A stretch of DNA of 64,000 nucleotides from Macrostomum lignano (Eukaryota): the NCBI GenBank assembly GCA_002269645.1, contig NIVC01000482.1, forward strand, positions 62,001 to 126,000, read 5' to 3'. The stretch's first letter is position 1, and each line of letters starts with the position of its first letter. Shown here piece after piece: positions 46,001 to 58,184 of this stretch. Below the pieces are notes generated by a model. The model did not search any database and was not told the origin of the DNA. It saw only the letters and a list, made by a program, of their open reading frames with translations. The translations under genes were made by a program, and so were the position numbers.

Positions 46001-49000
46001 TTTTCTACTCTCCTTTCTTATTAATCCTGTCTCATCTCTCCCTCTTCTCACCTTTACTCTTTCCTCTCCCTCCTCTCTCCCCTCCTCTTGCTTATTCCTC
46101 CCCTATTCTCTGCTCTCTCCTTATCCCCTGTCTCTCCTCTTATCTTCTATCATTCTCTTATCCCCTCTCTTGCCTCTCCTCTTTTCTAATAGTTTATTCC
46201 TTCTCCTTTCCACTTGCATCTAGCTTGTAGCCATGAGCTGGATTTTTTATCTGGCCTTTGAGGTTAATGAGCCAATCCCTGCTTCAAAAGCCAATTTGTG
46301 GGACATAGTACTATCATGGTTGTTATCATTTCTCATGCTTTAATCACCTCATCTTTTTGGCCAATTAGTAGCCCTGAGAGAAATTTGTGTATTTCCAGCT
46401 CTATTGCAGTTTGCAGTAGTCTAGCAACCAAGGACATACACATTTCTTGAGAGCCATTTAAATTTTAAAGTACCTTATGCAAATTTTAATGTTAAAATTT
46501 TATGGTATAACTAATTCAGTAGGATTGCATTGTAATGGGTTATTCATTAATTTTTTGCTATTTTTACAAACCATCCTACATCGCCTTGATTTGCTATCAA
46601 CTGTTAAATTGCTGCAGACTTATCTATATAGAGGACAATGGTTTGAATCTCTCGCTAAACTTTCATGGCCACAGATACTATAAACACTATGTTTATAATA
46701 TTTGTGGTCATGGCTAAGCATAGCTTCTTCACCTGCTGGGGTGCAAAGAAGGCTATAAAAAAGCTATACCAAAACAATGTACATTCATTATATACACTGA
46801 GCCCTATTGTTAGACCCTTAGTCTAGGCTAGGGAAGGAAGTGAGTGAGTGGCACAAACAACAGAAAAAGCAAACAAATTTCACATGCTTACAGTTTCTAT
46901 TTTGATTGAGTTACAGAGCTGAGATTTTATATTTAGACTACAGATTCTAGAATAACTAAATAGGCCACTTAGTAAATTTGTGTTAACTACTTTCAGTTTA
47001 ATAGAAAGTTAAACAGAAGCATTTTAATGTATTTTTAAAGCAAAGGCTCATTCACTGGCAGTTTTTACTCCTAGCATAAACCCTCCAACCTTTCCTTTTC
47101 ACACTACCTCCACCCTATCCAAATTTCCAGCCTAAAGCTGCCTTGTTTGTTTCAGTGGACTTGCCAAAGTACACTATTATAGAACTAATTAGCAACCTTT
47201 GGCTCGAAGTGGTCTCGCAACCTTTGTGGGCTGCAAACGGAGGCGATGGAATGCGCGTGGCAGGAATGCAACCCAGAAACGAGCACAGTTTGACCACATG
47301 CTCATGCATTTTTGTGAGCATCATTGCGCTGTCAACTGCCGCACTATCACACTGCTGGCTCTTCGGTCCAATCATTGGCTCTTCATCTGCAACCTCAACC
47401 TCTGCAATCCATTCTACTGTCTGCCAAAGCAGCCATTGCGGTGCTATTACTGCATGCTCAGAGCCACCGATATGCAGCATTGCTTTGCTAGCACCTTTAA
47501 CACTACGCTAGGCAACAAGCATAGAAGTGCCAAGTATGCGGAAGTGTGCACTGCAGTCAGAACCACCGCGGAGCAAGCAGTTCTGATGATGCAACCAGCT
47601 CAATGTGGGCAGCTAGTCTGGCAGGATGACCTTGCAATTCAGGCAGCGAGGGAAGATCTGGAGAGGCTCCACTTGAGCAGGCAACCAACCCGCGAGGCAG
47701 AGGCAACTCTGGCGACTGTCTACCTATAGCGCCAACAACCACAACATAACTTTAAAAAAAGAATATAGGCCTATTTAAAAGAAATGATTATATATTACAA
47801 GCTGTTGAAACCCACGGATTTTGAACCTGGGGAACTCCATTCCCTGTAATTATTTTTGCATGTATTCTAAAATCTGAGGTCAAACTCAAACAAAAACTTG
47901 TTCATAGTTAGGATAGAGTTTAACATAAAAGAGTATACATTCATGTAAAATTAGGATTTGAGGCAAACATTGATATTGTTGGCTGGGGTGTTGCGCAGAA
48001 TGTCAGGCAAACTCTGGCCTCTACGTACCTCTGCCTCTCCCTATGTCCTTTGCATCCTTTGAAACTTCCATCTTCTTTTCTGTTTCCTATCTTCTCTCTC
48101 GTCTCTTCTCTCTCTCCCCTCTTATCTCTTCTTTCTTCTCTCCTCTCTCGTCTCTTCTCTCGTCTCTTCCCTCTCCCCTCTATTCTTTTCTCTCTCTTCT
48201 CCTCTCTTCGCTCTGGTCTCTGGTCTCTCATATCTCTTTTCTCCTGTTTTATCTTTTCTCATTTCTCTCTGCTCTCTACTCTCTCTTACCTCTGCTCTCT
48301 GCTCTCTCTTCCCTCACCTCTCTTCTCACTCCTTACTCTACCCTCTCTCAACACTTGCCTTATCTCTACTCTCTCCTTTTTCCTCTCTTCTCTCAACTCT
48401 TTCCTCTCCTCTGTCCACTCTCTCCTCTCATCTCTCTGCTCTCTCCTATCCTATCTCTCTTCTCTCCCCTTTTTCCTCTCCTCTCTCGTCCTTTTCACCA
48501 ATTTCCCCTGTCCTCTCGATTCTCTCCCTTCCCCTCCTCTCTCCTCACTTACTTCTCATCTCTCCCTTGTCTCCACCTCTCATCCCTTATTTCTTATCTC
48601 TCCTCTTTTCTCTCTACTCTCCCATCTCTCGTCTGTTCACTCTCGTTTCTGCTCTCTCATCTCCCCTCTCTTATTTGTCATCTTTACTCTCATATGTTCT
48701 CTCACCTCTCTCCCCTTGTACTCCTCTCTTTCCCCTTTTTGACTCAGGAGGACTCGATCCTTTCTTCTTTCTTCTCGTCTCTTCTCTTCTCTCTTCTATA
48801 CTCTCTCCCTCTCTTGTTTTCTCTCTTCTCTCTCACTCTCCTCACTCCTCTCTTATATTGTCTGTTCACTCTCATCGTTGCTCTCTCATTCCCCTCTCTC
48901 TTCTGTCATCTCTACTCTCCTCTCTACTGTGCACTCTTCTCTTTCCCCTCTTCTGACTCCTCTCTTTCCTTACTCCTCTCTTCTCTTCCCTCTTCTATAC

Positions 49001-52000
49001 TCTCTCCCCTCTATTCTCTTTTCTCGTCTCTCCGCACTCTGCTCTCTCTTCCTTCATCTCTCATCTCTACTCTACTCTCTCATATTTCCTTTCATCTCAC
49101 TCATCTCTACAATCTCATATCTTTCCTCTCTCCTCCTCTTCCCTTTACTCTATCATCTCTCCTTTGTCCTCTCTCCTTTCTCAACTCTCTCTCATCTCTA
49201 TCTTCTCTCTTCTCACTCGTCTCTCCCCCTCTTATCTCCTCTCCTCTATCCTTTCTAATCCCCCCTCTCGATACTCTCATCTCCTCTTTGTTCTCTCATC
49301 TCACTCTTCTCTACTCTCCTCTCTCATCGATCCTCTGTCTCATCTCTCCCCTCTTCTCTCTCCATCTTCTCACCTCTACTATTTCCTCTTCCTTCTCTCT
49401 CCCCTCCTCTCGCTTCTTTGTCCCATATTCTCTGCTCTCTCCTCAACCTCCTCGTACGTCTCTCCTGTTATCTTCTATCTTTTCTTTTATCCCCTCTCGC
49501 CCCTCCTCCCTTTCTAATAGTATATTCCTTTTCACTCTCATCTGGCCCGTAGCCTTGAGCTGGATTCTTTATCTGGCCTTTGAGATAAAAATCTGCCGAT
49601 CCCTGCTTCGAAAGCCAGTTTGTGGGACGTAGTACTATCATGGTTGTTATCATTTCCCATGCTTTAATCACGTCATCTTTCTGGTCAATTAGCAGCCCTG
49701 AGAGAAATTTGTATATCTCCAGCTCCACCACCACAGTCTGCAGCAGTCTAACAACCATGGAAATACGCAATTCTTAGGAGGCCATTTAAATTTTAAAGTA
49801 CCTTATGCGAATCTTAATGTTAAAATTTTTATGGTGTAACTTATTTAGTAGGATTGCATTGTAATAAGTTTATTCATTAATTTTTCGATATTTTTATAAA
49901 CCATCCCACATCGCCTTGATTTGCCATCCTTGTTTAACTGCTGCAGACTTGTCTATTCAGAGGAAAGGAAAGTGGTTTAAAATTGAATCTCTCGCTAAAC
50001 TCTCTCCTCTCCACGCCTCTCCACTCGCGGGGGTACAGAGAAGGCTATTAAAAAGTTATTCCAAAACACTGTACATTCGCTATGTACATTCAGTCCTATC
50101 GCCTGACCCTTCGTCTGAGCTGGGGGAATGAGTGAGTGAGCGGCACAAACAACAGAAAAAACAGACAAACTTCACATGCTTACAGTTTCTGTCCTGATTG
50201 AGATACAGAGTTGAGACTTTACATGTAGGCAGAGAATGAGTCAATAAAGAATTGTGTCAAATTTGAAGTCAATCGCTTCACGTGGAGCAAAACTATGGCA
50301 GCCGAAAGTTAGGCATTTTAAAACCTATTCACACCCTTTGCCCAGATCGGGAAAGAGAGGCAGGCGGGCGGAGGTTGGGGTGGCTGCCTCGCTGAAAAAA
50401 ACAGCCTAACTTTAAAAGTGCACAGCGGCTTTCAGGATTAACTTTGAGATTTGAAATTTTACACGATTGTGTCAAAATAGTTGAAAATTGCCTGTGTCAA
50501 ATTTGAAGAGAATCGGTAGAAGTGGAGCGGCGCTATGGAGGATTTAGTAAAAAAATCGCGCATTTTGAGCAGTTTTTTGTACTTTTAGGTAGGAAGACTT
50601 GAGTCTAGGAAATTAAAAGGTAGCCTAAGACATTCTCCGTAGTAAGTTTAGGGTGGGTGTAAAGTTTGGTGTCATTTGGTTGAGCGGTTTGGGAGTCCAT
50701 AGCGATCAAAATTGTCCACACACAGACACACACACAGAGTTTTGATTTTTATAGTTAGAGAGATATTTATATTTATAAGTTCTTTCATGGTTGCTATGCC
50801 AGGATAGAATTCTTACTTGGGGGTAAGAAAATGTGCACGCACGTTTTTGGAGCAGCGTGCAAGTGTGCACATTAGCTGTAAAAAAGTTAGTGTTCAACTG
50901 TAGCCGTAGCTACGGCTATGGGATCCTATAGCAAATATGGTAAAATAGGTGCCTACAGCAGCCAAGGATATGCCTACAGTAGCTAGCTACTCTTACAGCT
51001 ACAACTATGGAAATATGGTTGTTGTTGTCACATTCCGTAGATTCCCATAGCCATAATTATTAATGTTAAAAAATTGAAAAAATATTAGAAACAGGTAGAG
51101 TAAAACAAAGATACTTTTAGTAAACTGTATTATCAACTTAGAAACTTTTAAAATATACCTAAAAACTACAATAAAACACTAGCAAACTCTAATTTTTTAT
51201 TAATGTGAAAAAGTTCAGCATTAGTACTTTCAGTAATGATTAAGTATTGTTGCTCTAAAAAAGATGAAATATAATCTTACAAAGGCAATCAAGTGTTTCT
51301 TTTATTTTCTAACTTAATTTGCACTAGGTTTTCTTCTAACTTAACACTAGGTTATCTTCTTGATTCAAAATATTTTGTTTTCTAGACTTTTTGTTAAAAC
51401 TATGGCTACGGGAACTATAGGAATGTGGTAATATTGGGGTCCCTATAGCTATGAAATATGGAGGATTGGAATAAGCCATAGTTTTGCTTATGGCTACAGC
51501 TATGATACATGGACCCTCCTTATGGCGGAACACTAAAAAAGTCATGCAGATCATGGCCTATGTGCTAAAAAAAGATATTTCTAGTTTTTCAATTCTATGC
51601 TGACATAAATTAAAAAGTTGTACTTTAAGTGTCTAGTAGCTTGAACACTATTTTTTAGAGAAAATTCTCTAAATAATTCTCTAAATAATTAATCTAAATC
51701 TAAATAATAATTCTCTAAATAATCTCTAAATAAATAATCATAATTCTTTAAAAATTATGAGTTTCACTAAACTTTAAAGAAATTTTTTTTCTAAAAACTA
51801 TTATACTTTGTTTTACTTTTGTTTTGAAATTTTCTGGCATAAAAACAACTTTCCAGTCTATGAAAAATAGGAGAACTTGAGCATGCATACATCACATAAC
51901 ACATAACCATGTTGAATGCATGTAAAAATCCTGTTTATGATTCTGTGGCAAACAGTTTCTTATGCAACCACATACGAATGGAGCATGCACACACCTTCTT

Positions 52001-52915
52001 TAAGAGCGCACAAGTAGGTTCCTTTTTAGCACATAAGCGTGCATGAATTTGACAAGCGGCACAAATGCATAACAACTTTTGTGCAAGAATTCTATATATT
52101 ATAATGTGCACAGGTAATACATCTTTTTGTTTTTTTATAACTATTCTTATTAAGTAGGATTTTAATATGGGATATAAGATTAAAATTTATTGTTATAACT
52201 TAGGTCTATACCAATAAGGCAATAATATAGGATTTTAATTGTTAAATAGTTTGAATTTGAATTTATTAATTAATCATTTGATTTAGTTTAGACTCAACTG
52301 AATCCTTGAAATTTTAATTTCAATTTAATATAGGCTAGACTATACAGTTGTATAGGTTAAAATAAAACAAATATAAAGTACTAAGCTATCATAATCTAGT
52401 TAAACTTGACAAGTAGTTGAAATAGCATAATAATTATTTTGTTTAATTATTAATTTATAAGTTTAAAATTTAATATGATTGTAACAAAATGCTGATTGTG
52501 ACTTTACTAAGAAGTGCCAATACACAATAATAGTGAACAGCAAAGTTAAAAACTAGTAATTTTTGTTTGTAAGTCTTAAATTTTTGCAATAGGCTACTTT
52601 TTTGAGTATCATTATCAAAATCATCACTTTAGATCATTACTTTTTTGAGTATTGATATCCAAAACTAAATACCAATATGCTGTTATGCTTATATCGCCAG
52701 ATATAATATCCAGACATAATATCTCTTTAATGATTTCTTGACAAAAGGTATAACACAACTACAACTAAGGCTAAGCCTAGAGCTATATAACAATGACAAC
52801 AACAAAGCAACTCTTACCAACCTTCACAGCCATACAGAGAAAAAAGTCTTACTTGTCTATATTTTCCACGAGATCCTCTAACTTCCAGTTGCAAGGGTTG
52901 AGCCGCTTGAGCCAT
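34021..52915 (-). CDS. FMR1: Fragile X family RNA-binding protein (FMR1/FXR): tandem Agenet, two KH domains, RGG-rich tail; 7 exons, ~563 aa
   Basis: Exons 52853-52915 ([21 protein letters not shown]), 38507-38889 (Agenet, [24 protein letters not shown]), 37761-38028 (KH1 [15 protein letters not shown]), 36509-36694 (KH2 [10 protein letters not shown]), 35556-35741 ([35 protein letters not shown]), 34685-35225 (RGG box), 34021-34085. All GT-AG and phase-consistent. Confidence 0.93.
34145..34660. repeat. Degenerate ~28-bp minisatellite in the last FMR1 intron
   Basis: CCCAGATTGGGATTCCCACCCAAAAAT units. Confidence 0.9.
35310..35535. repeat. 20-bp minisatellite in an FMR1 intron
   Basis: TTCATTCACTCCCATCTCCC units. 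Confidence 0.93.
35830..36440. repeat. 24-bp minisatellite in an FMR1 intron
   Basis: CTAGAATCTCACTCATTATCTCAC units. Confidence 0.95.
36815..37710. repeat. 24-bp minisatellite with a 239-bp higher-order repeat in an FMR1 intron
   Basis: GAGTGACCTTCCCCATCCATCTGG / ..CCAACTCG units; identical variant strings recur 239 bp apart (track ORFs at 36964 and 37203 begin identically). Confidence 0.93.
38255..38485. repeat. 23-bp minisatellite next to an FMR1 splice donor
   Basis: GAAGAGAGGCAGATAAGCAGGCT units. Confidence 0.92.
43941..45102. mobile_element. Foldback-like element with modular inverted arms of ~15-bp repeats
   Basis: Left arm 43941-44234 (TTTGCTTGCCGAAxT repeats) is inverted relative to right arm 44708-45102 (GCAAGCAAAGTTCG repeats). 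Outer ends match (ATATGTATGGG vs reverse-complemented ATACATATGGG), as do inner ends (CTTGCAAGGTTT / AAACCTTGCAA). ~470-bp unique loop. Confidence 0.7.
45755..46281 (-). mobile_element. AG-core MITE copy, short (~390-bp) core
   Basis: Right end TTTTATCTGGCCTTTGAG..GCCAATCCCTG is the reverse complement of the family 5' end; decayed left end CAGAATGTTAGGCAAAC; CT-rich core on the plus strand. Confidence 0.55.
47996..49605 (-). mobile_element. AG-core MITE copy, expanded (~1.45-kb) core
   Basis: Right end ATCTGGCCTTTGAGATAAAAATCTGCCGATCCCTG; left end CAGAATGTCAGGCAAACTCTGGCC; degenerate CT core that produces the spurious 529-aa ORF. Confidence 0.6.
50232..50765 (+). mobile_element. Helentron/DINE-1-like non-autonomous element
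   Basis: Repeated TGTGTCAAATTTGAAG..AATCG blocks and a terminal AAGTTTGGTGTCATTTGGTTGAGCGGTTTGGGAG..(CA)n/CAGA..TTTTTATAGTTAGAG, the layout typical of DINE/HINE ends. Family call is inferred. Confidence 0.5.
50888..51535. mobile_element. MITE, probably hAT
   Basis: TIRs TAGTGTTC / GAACACTA; flanks AAAAAAGT and AAAAAGT (near-8-bp TSD); subterminal GTAGCC/GGCTAC/CTATGG motif clusters at both ends. Confidence 0.6.
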
Positions 52916-53696
52916 TGAAGAAATAATATAAGTGAAATGATGTTACTAAACGACGACTGCAATATTTCTTTCAATTTTTGTCAACGCAAATGAGAAAGAC
53001 TTTACAAACCGGTATGAAACCGTAAAAATGAATAAGTATAAAGTGAGCAAGGTAGGATAGGATTGCTAATTAAGGCTTATTAAGCTAATGACAATTACTC
53101 AGTTTCAGGATAATTTGCAGACCCCGTTCGTTTCGTTTCGTTTCGTTTCGTTTAGTGTGATCGAATTTATTGTAGCATTTCATCCATAAAGAAAAAGAAG
53201 GTGATCAACCACTTATGAGCTTTAATTTTTGAACTTTAAAACCATTAAATATAATTTGCGGCAGTTCAAATTAGGCATTTACACTTTTAACGTTTTCTGC
53301 TTGAAGTATTGTTATAACTAAATAAAAACCCGTCGATGTACATGTCTTCACTTTTGTACTTTTAATGTATTCATAAAGAGAATGTAATGTAGGAATCTAA
53401 GAAAGAGTGGAATTTAATATAAATTACGATGTACATAAAAAACAATATGCGTTTTGAACCAGTTAATGTCAGTTAGTTGGCTGGCAAATAGCCGACTTAA
53501 TTGAGGAAATTAACAAAAGTTACCGCCATGCCAGACACTAACAAGAAATTAGCCGTAGTCGTCCTTGATTAAGAAAGATGAGGCTAAGATCTTTCTTTAA
53601 TAAAAAACAGAAACTATGTTTCCTATCTTGGCAAGGTAATTTCGGTAAACCTGCGACGTATAGATATGAACATGAGTTGTACATATTGCATGTGGC

Positions 53697-53842
53697 CAGT
53701 GTTTGGGCAAGTTACATTGAAAAAAGTAACTTCCGGTTAAGTAACTTCCGGTTCCAGGAAAATTAACTTCCTGCACTTTTTCCGGTATCGGTACTTTTTA
53801 AAAAAGTAATTGCCGGAAGTGCCGGAATTTTGCCCAACACTG
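53697..53842. mobile_element. 146-bp hAT MITE with perfect 8-bp target-site duplication
   Basis: TIRs CAGTGTTTGGGCAA / TTGCCCAACACTG, flanked on both sides by CATGTGGC (53689-53696 and 53843-53850). Confidence 0.85.
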
Positions 53843-54144
53843 CATGTGGCCGGTCAATAATAAGCTGTTGTGAGATGAGTGCCAACATATTGATTCGCAT
53901 TGATTAAGAAATGTATTTTATGCAGAAACTCTGTTAAATGAAAGCCCTAGCTTGACGATTGATAAAGCAATGTGAAAATTCCCTATATACAGTAGTGTAT
54001 GTTTTTTACAGTATTTAAATACACATACTTAAGTTACATTAGATCTAAACATTCCAACAGACTATACTTGAGAAGATGTACATTTAAAAAACATGTAAAT
54101 CAAAAGAAATAAGATTGGTCAGCTAAAGGGCCAATCAGGCTGAT

Positions 54145-56600
54145 TAAATTTTTCGGGTTTGCACGCCCCCTAAGCACAGCTCAGCGTTCTAGCTGGGACT
54201 CGCAGGTAACTTTCGCAAGGCGCAGTAGACTCCCAAGTGCAGGGTCTCTGTCGCCTGGGATATAGATCGAGGCAACGAGGCACTCCGTGGAGAGAGATGA
54301 TTAGATTGGATGACACAGAGGTCTCCATCTGAGAGATCAGTCCTCAGCCAAGCCCGGAGATGGCTGGCAGCGAGGATAGCCGCTCTAGGGCGGCTGTTCC
54401 CCGGGCCACACACATAAAAGTCAGAGTAGCCAGAAGGAATGTTGGGCAACTTACCATTGCGCATCCAGGGTCCCTGGATCAGGATGAGGCCTGGCCCGTA
54501 CAGCTCATCAGATTTACTGACGCAGATACGCAATGCTGTAGATTTATTTGCAGACAGAATTTCGCTCCTTTGGCAGCGTGTGGAGCTTTAATTATGCTGT
54601 ATTAAATGCAATAGCTGGTTAGAACTCCGGGCCATCAAGGAGACTTGGACAGCAAATCGTCCTCGTCTCAGGCCGTTGGGGCTTGACTGGAAGATGGGAG
54701 TTGGTCGACGTCCATGGCCTCCTCACCCCCACCAGCCCCCCCCCCTCCCCCAGCAAAGTCCTCGGGCTCCGATGACAGGATGGAGGAAGCTTCCTCATCT
54801 GCATCTTTGCCTTCAGACCCCACCATAGTGGCCGAGGAGAGCTTGGATTCTGAAGACCCGGCCTTATCCTCAACTCCTTCTCCGACTGGCAGGTTCGGTT
54901 CTCGGGGCTTGGCCGGAGCCGTCACCGCGGTCGTCGAACTGCTGCTAGCAGAGGGGCGAGACGCAGCTCCGGCTTTGGGATCGGCTTGCACCTTTCCTTG
55001 GGCCTTAGACTGCGCCCCGCTCTTGCCGGAGATGCCGGGGTTGGCAGTAGCCTTCCCTTTGGCAGACTTTCCTCGGCGCAACTTGAGCTTGAGGGCACCC
55101 AGCTGGAAAGAGAATCCATTAGGGTACCGACTCGCCCAAGCGTTGGAAAGGCCGAGGACAATTGAGTTGCCCGTCTCCCCCCTGCGGACTTTGCGGTGAT
55201 ACACCAGTCCACTAGCAGGGAGGTCGGGGTTCAGACGCAGTAGGACCCGGCGGACAACGTCAGGTCCAGCTGCGGTGCTCTTAGCAGGGACAAAAACCAC
55301 ATAGGGTATTGTCTTTGGACGCTGGCCTTTGCGAAGAAAAAGAGCTCCAAGGAGCATCCAAGAAGACTGTCGGCAGCCGCTGGAGCAGCTGCTGAGCGTC
55401 CTCCTCACTACTAGAAACAATGAGAACGAATGTGCTTCGCAGCACCATCCGCTCAATGCCGATGGAGATTCCCTCCTCGACAGTCAGCTCAATCAGATAG
55501 GAGTCAATGGCACTCCACACTTTTTGAAGCTGATCAGTGATCCAGTCCTGGTCGCGACCTAGAATGATCACTCCTGGGATTTCGGCCTTGGCCTTCGCCG
55601 CAAAGGTAGCTCCCGAAGGAACCTCCTTGTTGGCAGTGGCCATTTGTTGCGCCGTGGTTTCGGCCTCAGCAGCCGCAGCAGCATCTCCAGGGAGCGCCAC
55701 CGCTGAACTACCGGAGCTTCCACCGGCCGGCCCGTCTGGTTGCCTTGGGACGCCAGTCGCTTCAGCATCTATGGTGGACGCCGCCGCTTTGGCCCCCGCA
55801 GCTCCCTTCTTGGCCTGCCTTTTGGCGCGTTGCTTAGCGCGTTTGCGCTCAAGCCGAGCCCGCTGAGCTTCGTCGGATCTGCCAGATTTGGCCGGTCCTT
55901 TAGGCTCAGAGCCCGCGGTTCCCTTAGATCCACCAGCGGAGCTGGCAGGTCTTTAAGTACTTTGGTTTTTGTAGCTCTGGTCGGATCTGCCAGCAGAGCC
56001 AGCCGGTCCTTCCTTTGCCACAGTTGCATCAGTCAGTTGGGATCTGCCAGCAGGGCCGGCCGGTCCTTCTGACTGAGGTTGGGGTTTAGAAGGGTCCCCA
56101 TCCCTAGATTTGGTTTGTTTGTCCATAGTCGGCTCGAAGGCCATGAAAAAGGTTGGTGGGCTACCCTCGAAGGGGCGCGGTACCCACCCGGCCGCTCCAC
56201 CTGACCGGGCAGTAGGCCAAAAGAACTCTCAAGGCTGGCCCGACACCAGGAGGGGGACCGCCAGCGACCGGACTACTCCCCGGCCTTCCAGCCCATCGGC
56301 ACGGTCGAACACCTTAGGCATTAGAGGGTACGTTGAGCAGTACCACGGCCTGCGGACTGGTAGCCAGACCCGCATACCCAAGTTCGGCAAAAACCACTGG
56401 ATGGGTCACCAGCGCCGGAGCCCTAGGGTCTGCCTTGAACACTCGCGGGGACGAGTACCCCTGAGTCGGCTTGCGAAACAGCGTGGGGGGGGGGTCTGCG
56501 GCTGCCAGCGGCAAATAGAGGGTGCAGACCTCCCACCAGCCTTGACCTGCTGAAGATAGGGGCAGGCGTGGAGCATCGCAGACCTTAGCCCATGGGCCTG
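54145..56600 (-). mobile_element. Decayed non-LTR retrotransposon (R1/LOA-like): 5'UTR, frameshifted ORF1, N-terminal part of the APE endonuclease; RT absent
   Basis: ORF2 start reads FCLQINLQHCVSASVNL, then LILIQGPW (family IQEPW), SRPRAAIL, LVASIYIPGD, and a decayed LRGRAN (family GGDAN) near 54150. ORF1 is split over 55769-56029, 55281-55700 and 54668-55456, with a basic/Ala-rich N-terminus and a DUF4780-like middle (inferred). Outer boundaries approximate. Confidence 0.8.
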
Positions 56601-56811
56601 GTCTGTCTCATACTGTCTCATTCTGTCTCATAAAAGTCTAGGCTAAGCAAGATAATAAAGCATTGGCATAATGTACTGAAATGTATATCGCCATACACAA
56701 TTCACAATACAGCATAGGAGGCCTGGCTAAAGTGCAACACAGGGCCCAGCTAAGCTCTATTCATAGTGCATATTGTCTTTTCAGATGCAGTAACAAAAAT
56801 AGTTAGGCTAC

Positions 56812-57157
56812 TAGGCTTTTTACGAAGATCGGTTCCAGAACCAGAATCGGTAGGAAAGTGAAAAGCTTCGAACCCATTTTATGTTCGTCAGTCTTTATAA
56901 TTTAATTAAGTCTTTCCTTGACTTTGCTTCGTCTTGGATATGACAAAAACAGAGTGCTAATATATCAATAATAAAAAATGACAACTTAAAATATATTTTA
57001 CTGTTAAAGTGTAAACATGGCAACCGATCAAGAAAATTTCTCAAACCGAATTCCAGAATCGGATCACGGTTCTGGTACCGATTCTGAAAACGGAACAGAC
57101 AATATGAAAAAAAGCTTCGAACCGATTCTGATTTTGGAATCGGTAATATGAAAAGCC
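56812..57157. mobile_element. MITE with ~40-bp imperfect TIRs
   Basis: Left GGCTTTTTACGAAGATCGGTTCCAGAACCAGAATCGGT; the right end reverse-complements to GGCTTTTCATATTACCGATTCCAAAATCAGAATCGGT; internal copies of (G)AATCGG/CCGATT. Confidence 0.6.
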
Positions 57158-58184
57158 ATTTAAGATTGACTTCTACATTGTATCTACCCTCTACCTTTGA
57201 TAAAAAAACACAAAAATGTTGCGAACAAATTAAATACTTTGAATCGTGCAGTCTAGAAAGGTCAAGAATGTGACAATATATGAAAACAAAATATAAGCGA
57301 AAAGAAGCTGATTATACTCAAATAAAATGTTTGCATATAATTTTTTTGCATTCAATAGTTAATTCAAATTTTCATAATTATTCTGTTATTTCTTTCTACA
57401 TTTATTAGTCGATTTTACGTCACTTCACACCCATGCCCAAAGCTTATACATTTGTTAGTTTTGGCTTTAATAAACAGGACTGCTCTAGAGAGAGTGCTCT
57501 CAAAAACGAACTTCTATACTATCTGTGAAGTTTTTAGTATAATATATAGCCTCAACTATCGGTTAATTGTAAAAAACGGATTCGCCATTAAGTTGTAACA
57601 AATGCAATTGAAATTGTAATCAATTGAAAAAGTTGCAATTATCATGTGTAACGAAATTGCAATTTTTTACAATTTTCTTGCATTATATCGATTTTTAGCG
57701 CGATCCACTCATCTGGTGCTTTGGGGGAGAAACGCCGCGACTACCCTTTATGACTTCCCCCCAGCGCAGCTCACGCGTTTTACAACGTTTGCCTTGCCTG
57801 TTTATTGAAAATTCCTTTGACAAAGCAAAAGCAAAGCAAGAGTGGCCAAAAAAGAAATCGTGAATGTTCGCCCATTTTTCGAAGAGCGTGGCGGCAAATG
57901 TCTTGAACGTACGTTGGCGCGAAAGCCGCTAAAACTATAAAAAAATACAACATCCGGCTGCTGAGATTAAAATTGTTGGCCTTGTCTTGCAGAGCTAAAT
58001 ACGGAATCTGTGCGTTTTATTTTAATCATAAATTGGATGCCAGTCAGATTTTTACGTGTTGTGGCAGATGTCAGAATTCGTGCAAAAAATCGCCAAGCAG
58101 AAATTCGCAAATGCAACTGACTGACTTTGGACGGAAGCAACCTTCGACTGTGAATTTGAATTTAGATTTTCACTCAACATAACG

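Larger units (their letters stand above)
45563..50230. repeat. Diverged local tandem duplication: unit A 45563-46935, unit B 47797-50230
   Basis: Collinear anchors ACAAGCTGTTGAAACC, CAAACTCAAACAAAAACTTG, GTACTATCATGGTTGTTATCATTTC, CCATTTAAATTTTAAAGTACCTTATGC and GGCACAAACAACAGAAAAA..TTCACATGCTTACAGTTTCT. Confidence 0.9.
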
